A stretch of DNA of 62,940 bases, filler included, from Octopus bimaculoides (lineage: Eukaryota), in NCBI RefSeq assembly GCF_001194135.2. It is 5 parts of 5 records of this genome, joined end to end, with 100 filler letters (N's around TTAATTAATTAA, not from the genome) between each part and the next. Parts side by side here need not be neighbours in the genome. Positions count along the whole stretch, not along the records: positions 53,195 to 58,710 come from NW_026392702.1; positions 58,811 to 61,491 come from NC_069007.1; positions 61,592 to 62,940 come from NC_068984.1; 2 more parts are not named here. One strand, 5' to 3'. Both the position numbers and the translations under genes were made by a program. The notes beneath the pieces were generated by a model. The model was not told where the DNA came from and ran no database searches. It saw only the letters and a list, made by a program, of their open reading frames with translations. This document shows, one piece after another, positions 53,095 through 62,940 of the stretch. Within the stretch, counting starts at the first letter, position 1; each line of letters starts with the position of its first letter.

Positions 53095-55668
53095 NNNNNN
53101 NNNNNNNNNNNNNNNNNNNNNNNNNNNNNNNNNNNNNNTTAATTAATTAANNNNNNNNNNNNNNNNNNNNNNNNNNNNNNNNNNNNNNNNNNNNTTATGT
53201 CCTAGACTTTCCCTCTTCACTCTCTAACAACTTCATTTTGATCTTGTCTCCTGTTGACAACAGGATGCCTACTTTCTTTTGATCAATGTGTCATCCACCT
53301 TCTCTGATCGCTCTGTCTTCTTTCCTACGTTCCATGTCCCAAATNNNNNNNNNNGTCATTTATACTTTTGTTGGTAAGGAAAAAAAATTTTCTTTATGAT
53401 ATTGCATTGTAATGAAACATACATAATATCCATACATACATACATACATACATGATATGAAATCATTTTGAGTATTGTTTACTAAATGCGTAAATATTGT
53501 ATAAAAACATAAGCTGAAGTGAATCATGAAAGCACATGTATTAATGAGAGTGAATACTGGATAGAGGAATAGGTGAGTGAAAAAAAATGAACTAATGAGA
53601 AGAAATACCCATAGAAGAAGCCAAATACAGACCTGTAGAGAAATAATTAAATTAGCACCAAAAGTTTGAGCCTCAAAGAAAAAATTATGCAATATTGATA
53701 TGCATTGAGAAATAGTTTATGGCAGACATCTCCAGTATATGTTATCATGGATTTATAAGTATTANNNNNNNNNNNNNNNNNNNNNNNNNNNNNNNNNNNN
53801 NNNNNNNNNNNNNNNNNNNNNNNNNNNNNNNNNNNNNNNNNNNNNNNNNNNNNNNNNNNNNNNNNNNNNNNNNNNNNNNNNNNNNNNNNNNNNNNNNNNN
53901 NNNNNNNNNNNNNNNNNNNNNNNNNNNNNNNNNNNNNNNNNNNNNNNNNNNNNNNNNNNNNNNNNNNNNNNNNNNNNNNNNNNNNNNNNNNNNNNNNNNN
54001 NNNNNNNNNNNNNNNNNNNNNNNNNNNNNNNNNNNNNNNNNNNNNNNNNNNNNNNNNNNNNNNNNNNNNNNNNNNNNNNNNNNNNNNNNNNNNNNNNNNN
54101 NNNNNNNNNNNNNNNNNNNNNNNNNNNNNNNNNNNNNNNNNNNNNNNNNNNNNNNNNNNNNNNNNNNNNNNNNNNNNNNNNNNNNNNNNNNNNNNNNNNN
54201 NNNNNNNNNNNNNNNNNNNNNNNNNNNNNNNNNNNNNNNNNNNNNNNNNNNNNNNNNNNNNNNNNNNNNNNNNNNNNNNNNNNNNNNNNNNNNNNNNNNN
54301 NNNNNNNNNNNNNNNNNNNNNNNNNNNNNNNNNNNNNNNNNNNNNNNNNNNNNNNNNNNNNNNNNNNNNNNNNNNNNNNNNNNNNNNNNNNNNNNNNNNN
54401 NNNNNNNNNNNNNNNNNNNNNNNNNNNNNNNNNNNNNNNNNNNNNNNNNNNNNNNNNNNNNNNNNNNNNNNNNNNNNNNNNNNNNNNNNTTTGAATTAAG
54501 CTTTTGAATCTGAATATAGAGACAGTTTTTGTGAGCATATTTTTGCATGTCAGAACAGATGTAATTTGCTTGTAGAAACAAAGTTTATTGTAGTTAGAAA
54601 GAAGTTATGAATTTTATTGTGGACTTGAAGCCGACCCAGACTCTAAATCTGTAAATAGATGTGTTGGCCACAAAGCAAAATTATTTTCCCTTTTTTTGTT
54701 TTTATTTAAAGATATATCTGTAACAGATAGGTTATCGACATATTTATAAGTGTGAAAAATACATATTTTGAACCAAATGCTTATGAAGTAACTGCATATT
54801 CACAAACTGTACTAAGTGATATGACAGGCTAGATGGTTCGACCAATAATGGAGAGAAAGTGAGAGAGAGAGAGAGAGAGGGAAGAAATGAGAGAAAAAGA
54901 CTGGTTGTTTGGTTTCTTAGACATAACAACAAATTTCTATCAAATCACATTTTCATGTCTTAAAGAAAAGAGGTTCACATTAGATAATGTAGTATAAATG
55001 TATTATATCTGAACAAAAAATAAAATGAACAGAGTGGTTTGTTTGGTCAGATTGACTTGATAAAACAAAATTATGATAAAATAAATAACTATATTCAAAT
55101 CATCATCATCTTTTAATATCCATCTTCTATGCTGGAATGTGTTGGCTGGTTTGACTAGATTTGATCAGTCTGAGTGCTGCACCATGCACTAGTGTCTGCT
55201 TTGGTATGATTTCTACAGCTGCATGCTTTCCCTAATTCCACCTACTTTACAGAGTGTTTTGGGTGCTGTTTTTTCCTGACATCAGCATTAGTGAGGTCAC
55301 CATACAGCTCACAAGACTAAAATCTTTTAATGTAGTGAGGCTACAGGAGAAAAAGATAGATTTTATGCCAGAAGATTACTTCTAACAGTTTGAATCTTGT
55401 TTTAATCTGGTTTTTTCTCTCTCTCTCTCTCTGTTGCATCATGGATGAGTTGTTGTCAAAGTTCTTCAACATAAGAAGGCAATACTTTGGCTAATGACGC
55501 ACATGTATCTATTTAAAAGATACTAAATGATAGCCAAATACTATTTCAGTTATCAAAGATATCTGGTAAACTAGAACTTTCACAATTAGCTTCAATACTA
55601 GCTGTGCTATAAGAAGTTTTAATTTTGGTAGTTCAAAGGGAGCTATCATGGCTGTTAGCAACCATCTA

Positions 55669-56929
55669 TCAGGTCATTAAGAATGGAATGTCCAATTTTG
55701 AACTGAAAGTTTATTTTACTTTATCTCAACAAACTTGCACCTAAATTATCAACACAATTTTGCCATTTTATTGGTAACTCTTTTATGCTGGTAGCAAAGA
55801 ATTCTGGAGAGTAAGAGGTGATGAAATCTTGAAAGGCTGTTTTTGCATCTTCTTCAGATTTGAAGTTTTTTCCTTGCAAAAAGATGTCTAATACCTATAA
55901 AATGTAATAGTCAGTTGGTGCAAGGTCTGGTGAATATGGTGGGTGACAGAGTACTTCCAAGTTCAGTTCTTGTAATTTGAGTAGTGTTCTTCATGCAACA
56001 TATGGTCAAGTATGTCTTGCAAGAGAATTGGCCTGTCTTTATTGACCAATTTTGGTTGTTTAATTGCAAGTTCACTCATCATTTCATCCAGTTGGTCGAT
56101 GTATACATCTACTGTAATTAACTTACTTGGTCTCATGAAGCAGTAGTGGATGACACCAGCACTGGACTACCAAACAGACACCATTAGCTTTTTCTGGTGA
56201 ATATTCTTCTTTGAATTGTGTTTTGGCATGTCATCTCTATCCAACTACCATACAGAACGCTTGCTATTGTTGAAAAGAATCCATTTTTCATCACACATAA
56301 CAATGTGATGTAAAAATGGTTCACTTTTATGCCATGACAGCAAAGAACAACAAATTTCTAGATGATGCGCCATTTGATGCTCATTCAGTTCATGTGGTAC
56401 CCACTTGTCCAGCTTCTTTACCATACCAATTTGTTTCAGATGGTCCAATACAGTTGGAATCGGAATATCAAACTTGCTGCTAACTCATACATAGTTTGAG
56501 ATGTATCCGCTTCTACTACAGTTTCGAGCTCATCATTATCCACCTTGGTCTCAAGTCTACTAAGGGGCTGATTTTCAAGAGTAAAGTCACCAGACCAGAA
56601 CTTCTCAGACCATCAACATACAGTGCATTCATTCACCAGATCTTCACCAAACACCTCACTGATGTTTCAAGCTGTCTGGGATGCATTGGTTCCATGACGG
56701 AACTCATATTCATAAACAAAACAAGTTTTTTATCTTGCCATGGTTCACAAAAATTGAGTTACAAGAGAATACTCACAATATAGTCAGACACCATGGATTG
56801 CATTTCGAAAAGTGATGATGTAACTTTTCAATATTGTAAAACAAAGAATTGTCCAGATAAAATATTAGAGTTAACAACTGTCAGACTTGATGCATAACAA
56901 AATCGAGCATTTCATTCTTAATGACCTGA
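55669..56929 (-). mobile_element. Full-length decayed mariner (Mos1/SETMAR-like)
   Basis: TA|TCAGGTCATTAAGAATG(G/A)AATG...ATTTTG TIRs at both ends with TA duplication, 1261 bp; ORF 56245-56448 KKLDKWVPHELNE...HHIVMCDEKWILFNN carries the WVPHEL motif and first catalytic D. Confidence 0.92.
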
Positions 56930-57672
56930 TATCTTGTATAACATCAGAGTGACACTAGGAGCCATTATGATGTGTATAATAGCTGAATGATATACTCTTG
57001 ACTCTGATGGGTTCTTGGAAGCTTTGTAAATATTCTACTGGATTGGGAGTATCAAGAAAATGATGGACAAAATACTTTGTAATATTGAGTTATATACATC
57101 GCTTTACATCTTTAGGTTAACTTTGCCCTTTATTTTTCTGGGTTCAATAAAATTATCAATTAAATAGCTAGCTTCATGTATTTGTTTATATCCATTACCC
57201 CAAATTTGTGACACTGTGCGTATGTGAAAAATACATATTGATGAATGATCTATGTGTAATGAAACAAATTATTGATTTTATCTTCTAACTGTAAGATTTT
57301 TCCTGTAAAGAAATGGGTAATTTACATAAATTTGCTTAAATATGAAAGAAAGCTCTTTCAGTTGAGTATAATCACCTGTAATTTCATATAATCACATGTA
57401 ACTATGCATAATGACAAAATTATATACATGCACATATGTTCATATGAGTGCATAATTGCTGAAAGAAACAAAAATTAAACACAATACATTTGCAAACATC
57501 AGCACATACACAAATGCATCCACACAAACATACACAAGTATACAGACATACATTTGTAAACACATAGAGAGGTATACATACTTATATATAAAAAAAAACA
57601 TACATAAAGCAAATTAAAATACTTTAAAAAATTAATTCTTTTTTAAACAAAATTATATTAAGTTTTACTTAC

Positions 57673-57783
57673 GACAATTTGCTTCATCAGTGCCATTGAT
57701 GCAATTCTTATGATTGTTACACAGATTTTTTTCATTGATACATTTTGAATTGTCTAAACACTTATGGCTATTCTTTGAACAAT
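57673..57783 (-). CDS. LDL-receptor class A (LDLa) domain exon of an unidentified gene
   Basis: Acceptor attatcaattacag| and donor C|GTAAGT bound a 111-nt phase 1-1 exon encoding (x)CSKNSHKCLDNSKCINEKNLCNNHKNCINGTDEANC: six cysteines with LDLa spacing and terminal DE-x-NC. One symmetric phase-1 exon per module is typical of LDLa repeats. Confidence 0.8.
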
Positions 57784-59615
57784 CTGTAATTGATAATAAT
57801 AATAATAATTATAATAATAATAATAGTAATAGTAATAATAATAATAATAATAATAATGATAATAATAATAATTATTATTATTGATTAGATGTCAAAATAT
57901 CTGAGCTGAATTGTTAACAAGATTATAATTTCCTAAACTATCAATCTTATTTTTAGATTACATCTTTTATCTTTTACTTGTTTCACTCATTGATCTGTAT
58001 CTATGCTTCAATGCCATCTTCAAAGTGACCCCAGTCTGGTACTTACTTTATTAGTCTCTTTTGGTAAAGTGTTAATTTACATGGATGTAAACAAACTAGC
58101 ACCAGGTGTCAAGAAGTGGAAGGAAACAAAAATAAAAACGTAAAGTCACACACATAATGGGCTTTCACACAGTTTCTGTCTCCCACCTTCACTCAAAAAG
58201 AATGGTTGACTCAGGGCTATAATAAAAGACACTTGCTCAAGATGTTGTACAGTGAGATTGAACTTGAAACCATATGCTTGCAAATTAAGTTTCTTAACCA
58301 CGCAGACAATATCTGTAATGTCTGCAATGCATTTCAATTTGCTTGATCACCAATAAAAATGTAATATGGATATGGATATTGTAAAGATACACTCTAAAGA
58401 TAACATTAAGATTCCATTAGATTCTAAAGATAAACCCCTTAAAACAATCAGTTATTTAATATTTTGAGAGCTGCCTTTCCACAGGCTACTAACAATTCTC
58501 ATACACTTGTCATATAAGGTTAAAATATTTATATTAATGTTTAATATCAAAATAGCTTGGTAGAAAAATTATGGAAAATGGAATCCAAAAACAGGGTATA
58601 GTAAAGGAACTCAAGACCTGTAATTAAAATTGATGATATTTTGATCCAAATGTCTTGATATTATCTTTTATCTTTTACTTGTTTCAGTCATTAGACCATG
58701 GCCATGCTGGNNNNNNNNNNNNNNNNNNNNNNNNNNNNNNNNNNNNNNNNNNNNTTAATTAATTAANNNNNNNNNNNNNNNNNNNNNNNNNNNNNNNNNN
58801 NNNNNNNNNNATATATACGTATTTGTGTATCTGTGCTTGTCCCCACCCCCACCATCGCTTGACAACCGATGCAGGTGTCTTTACGTCCCTGTAACTTAGC
58901 GGTTCGGCAAAAGAGACTCTGACAGAATAAGTGCTAGGCTTAAAACGAATAAGTTCTGGGGGTCGATTCGTTCGACTAAAGGCGGTACTCCAGCATGGCC
59001 GCAGTCAAAATGACTGAAGCAAGTAAAAGAAAAGGACGAAAAGAAATACTAGCAAAAAACTTAAAGCCTCGCCTGAGTTCAAGCCTTGAGGTCAAGGGCG
59101 AAACTCGGAATAAACCGTCGTTTTCACATAATATTAGACGCATCCGCTCTCACACACACAACGAAACTAAGACACTAATATACTTACGCACACATATTCA
59201 CGCTCACATATATCTTTATTGTATACGTATCGACACCAACAGCACCACCTCCACCATCATATTCATCACCACCCACTCAATCATTCGCTTCTTCCACCAA
59301 TGATGTCAATTACTCCGCTTTCCCACATTTCGTTACATTACTGATAAACACCTCAGTTAAACAATAGCAAATCACAAAGGTTACCTACCAGCCTACGACT
59401 ATTTCGTAGATTTTAAACTTAGCTGCAACTTCCAGCCGCTATAAATATTAACAGCCGATTATTACAACCAGGCGCGACTGGTCGTGCTTTGCCCGTTTAC
59501 CTTGGTGCTTGCGAGGAGATACCAATGCAACATTTAAAAGCCTGCTAGAAACACAAGCCAAATATATATATATGCGAGATTTATATATCTTAAATTTGCA
59601 GAGGAATTTGTAGTA

Positions 59616-59690
59616 GGTAGTTTAGCTTAATCGGTCAAAGCATCGTGACGCGTAATCACGGGGATGTGAGTTCGAGTCCACAGCTCGCCA
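59616..59690 (+). tRNA. tRNA-like gene or pseudogene (Thr-CGT-like anticodon loop), possibly a SINE head
   Basis: GGTAGTT TA GCTT AATCGGTCA AAGC AT CGTGA CGCGTAA TCACG GGGAT GTGAG TTCGAGT CCAC AGCTCGCC A. Perfect D stem, 5-bp anticodon stem with 7-nt loop, A box and B box (GTTCGAGTC), TTTT at 59698-59701. Defects: G at position 33, one base missing in the T stem, one bulged C in the acceptor stem. Confidence 0.6.
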
Positions 59691-60384
59691 CCTACACTTT
59701 TCTCTGCAAAATAGGGGTAGTTTATCCTGTTCAGGCTATATTATTAGCATTATTCTGCGATTGAGANNNNNNNNNNGCTCGCCACCTACACTTTTCTCTG
59801 CAAAATAGGGGTAGTTTATCCTGTTCAGGCTATATTATTAGCATTATTCTGCGATTGAGAATTTTAAATCACTTCTTTAACTTTCTAAGACATGTCAACG
59901 CTTCTAAAAGCAAACTTCGTTTGTTTATTTACGTTTGTCGTAATTTGAATTTTATATATATATATATATGTGTGTGTGTGTCCGTGTGTCCGTCTCCTAT
60001 GTTCCTGCCTTTAAGCTTTCAAATTCATACACGTCAGCTCAATTTGATTCGTTCCCAGTCGAAAGACGCGTTATTTTTTCTTTGTATTCGTAATTGTGTA
60101 CCCTGTTCTCCGTTTTTTGTTTTTGTTTTTGTTTTGTCTTTTGTGACCGTACACATTCGCTAGATTTCTTACAAAGGGGTCTAATGCTCTTAGCTTAGAC
60201 TTCTTCAGTTGTCCTTGTTTCATCTACTCCGCGTGTGGCTGTGTTTACGTCTCCGTAACCTAGCAGTTCGACAAAAGTGCCCGATACAATAAGTACTAGG
60301 CTAACAAAGAATAAGTCCTAAGGTCAATTTGTTCGGCTAAAGGTGCTCCAACATGGCCGCAATCAAATGACTGAAACAAGTAAA

Positions 60385-60420
<36 letters not shown>

Positions 60421-61825
60421 NNNNNNNNNNNNNNNNNNNNNNNNNNNNNNNNNNNNNNNNNNNNNNNNNNNNNNNNNNNNNNNNNNNNNNNNNNNNNNNN
60501 NNNNNNNNNNNNNNNNNNNNNNNNNNNNNNNNNNNNNNNNNNNNNNNNNNNNNNNNNNNNNNNNNNNNNNNNNNNNNNNNNNNNNNNNNNNNNNNNNNNN
60601 NNNNNNNNNNNNNNNNNNNNNNNNNNNNNNNNNNNNNNNNNNNNNNNNNNNNNNNNNNNNNNNNNNNNGTATGTATATGTGTGTACATGTCAATATATTA
60701 TATATATATGTATGTGTGTGTATGTATATATATATATATATATGTATCTATGTGTGTCTATGTATGTGCGTATGTGTGTGTGTGTGTGTGTGTAGAGGAT
60801 GGGCCTAAAGTCACGTAGTCTGATTGCATATTGCTATCTGCTGGCGTAATCTGGTGACTTCGGCTCTTCCATCGACTTCGTTTTCATACTTCGTGCTTTT
60901 TTGGCTCGCCCTGATATTCTGTTTTCTAAATTTGGCACAAGGCCAACCATTCTGTGAAGAGAATCTGAGTCGAGGACATCAGCTTCGGCACTCGACTGCT
61001 GCTTCTTTATCGACGACTTCGGTGGAATGAAAGGCAACGGTGACCTCTGCAAGATTTTGATGGAATAAATGCTGCAACGCCATTTGTTTTTTTCTTGCCT
61101 TTATTTTTTTGAAATTCAGGAATTCCTTAACTATCTCACCAGGAAAACAAAAAATAAATGGGGTGGTTAAACAGATGGGGTGGGGAGCGAGTAACGGACT
61201 GTACACCCCAAAACAAATTGTTTAACCGCACCTTGTAGACACGACTGCAAAAACGCTGTCGCGGAGAACGGTCAGCGACGTTTGCTGTAACAACGACCCC
61301 ACTTCGCGCATCTCATTTCTCAGAAGCACCGAATGTTATCGAGATTTTGCAAAGAAAATAAATCTGCAGTGCGGGGTCCGAGAACACCCAAGGTCTCGAC
61401 GGTGACCGGCACAAACTGATAGTGGCCATGCAATACCTCATAGCTTCAAGTTTTTGGGGGAGGTGTCTCATTTTAGAATTACATTGTAGGGNNNNNNNNN
61501 NNNNNNNNNNNNNNNNNNNNNNNNNNNNNNNNNNNTTAATTAATTAANNNNNNNNNNNNNNNNNNNNNNNNNNNNNNNNNNNNNNNNNNNNTTCATGGCT
61601 AGAAGACGCCATCGTCTCAAAATAAAAATGGCTAGAAAGCCGAAATTGATTTTTAAAACCTGGAAATGTGCCACACAGGGCAGATTTCCGTTGCAAAAAA
61701 CTTGCACCAGAGAGTCTATAAGTTGTTATACAACTTTCTATATAAAATAAACTTTACAAACAGACTTTTTAAAACATAAAAAAGGCAAAACATACGGAGC
61801 CGACACGTCTACCGTCTGTCCATAG

Positions 61826-61912
<87 letters not shown>

Positions 61913-61945
61913 TATATATATATATATAGATAGATAGATTTATAT
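61826..61945. repeat. Compound (GATA)n(GACA)n(TA)n microsatellite
   Basis: Directly visible; representative of dozens of (TA)n, (CA)n, (GA)n, (TATC)n and (AAT)n tracts across the window, many adjoining gaps. Confidence 0.95.
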
Positions 61946-62609
61946 AAATGTGGAGAGAAAGAGTTTAAATCTTAAACGTTTATTTTTCAATAATACTTAT
62001 GATAAAGGAAATTCAGTACAATGACGAGCCCTATCTAATCAAACACTATACACCGCAGCTAACGAACCATCTTTCATGAAGCCGCCATTTCACGGGCATT
62101 CAAACTTAAGTGATATTATCAAACTACATATTGCTTTGTTTGCCACTGAGCCGCCGTCTAATTTCGCTTCAAATCATTGTTGTATATGACTTCAAATCAT
62201 AGACTGATTCAATATGTTTACTCATATGCTGATAAATCTAACTAGACACAAAGTTTATTCTGTTATTATGTTTAAATAGTTTCCTAATATGACCCCAAAT
62301 TGAATTTCGTCTCCATTGGCGGTTATTAATTCTTCGTTCACAGAAAATACTAAAAAGCACAATTATATATAAAGATATATATTTCGTTAAACAGATAACA
62401 CGATAAAGAAGCAATAAAATAAAATATAATAAAATCTATTAAGATGTCTTGCAAACAGGAAAGAATTACTTCTTGCTTAAAATGGTAATTATCGTTCTAC
62501 GTTACTTGTGTTGGCGACATCCATTTTGACAACAGGAAAATAATTCAGTTCAAACTCTCAACAACAACCTTATATGATTTTCGCAGGAAATCTAGACATA
62601 CTGAAAAAT

Positions 62610-62940
62610 ATTTGATGGCTGTGATGGTAGTGGTGGCCAGTCGTCGTTGTCCTGGTGGCGATGACAATAATGATGGTGATGTCGACGACTACGACGACGA
62701 TGATGATGATAACGATGAATGATGAGGATGATGTGATGGTGATGGTGGTGGTGGTAGTGGTGGTAGTGGTGGTAGTGGTGGTGGTGATGATGAAAACGAT
62801 GATGGTAATGACCGCTGATGAAGGGTTTGGTGATGACGACGATGGTGACGGTGGTGGTGAAGACCACGACGAGGATTATGAGGAATTATGATGATGATGA
62901 TGATGATTGTGAGTACAAGTAGTAGGAGGAGGAGGAGGAG
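62610..62940. repeat. (GAT/GGT/GAC/GGA)n trinucleotide low-complexity tract
   Basis: Directly visible; generates spurious poly-His and poly-Val/Met ORFs. Confidence 0.9.

Noticed and set aside
53360-53692. Hydrophobic 110-aa minus-strand ORF behind a strong acceptor at 53632
   Set aside because: Hydrophobicity follows from T-rich composition, it runs into a (TATG)n tract, and its phase cannot be linked to the LDLa exon; kept only as a candidate acceptor.
57790-57885. (AAT)n followed by (ATT)n fold-back next to the LDLa acceptor
   Set aside because: Simple microsatellite inversion; it does not pair with the exon, so it is not evidence of an editing-complementary sequence.
59683-59859. About 84-bp direct repeat flanking a 10-N gap
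   Set aside because: Identical sequence on both sides of a tiny gap is the signature of unmerged overlapping contig ends.
28695-61547. Perfect palindrome TTAATTAATTAA recurring four times
   Set aside because: Always centred in N runs; an artificial scaffold spacer, not biology.
62592-62891. Poly-His and poly-Val/Met ORFs
   Set aside because: Translation of a (GAT/GGT)n microsatellite; no splice or domain support.

Overview
AT-rich, intron- and microsatellite-rich animal genomic DNA with many N gaps. The repeat families (tRNA-derived SINEs with internal AC/AT microsatellites, RTE LINE tails ending in (GAT)n) suggest an octopus (coleoid cephalopod) assembly; this is inference from recognised repeats. 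One complete protein-coding gene can be reconstructed: a 4-exon, 200-aa isochorismatase-domain protein (ISOC2-like; + strand, 38212-49663) with canonical GT-AG introns and a poly(A) signal. One isolated, well-bounded LDL-receptor class A exon lies on the minus strand (57673-57783), implying a second, convergent gene whose other exons I cannot fix. The rest is mostly decayed transposons: mariner, Tc1, hAT, MITEs, RTE, CR1-type and L1/Tx1-type LINEs, and SINEs. The best leads are (1) a 357-bp tandem-plus-inverted repeat in which each complete unit carries a minimal type I hammerhead ribozyme (Penelope pLTR or retrozyme-like), (2) an LDLa exon in which three conserved Asp positions are all genomic Asn codons one A-to-I edit from Asp, (3) a tRNA-like Pol III unit with compensating indels, and (4) block-wise CpG depletion that seems to outline transcription units. 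Four gaps carry a TTAATTAATTAA scaffold linker, so adjacency across them is uncertain.
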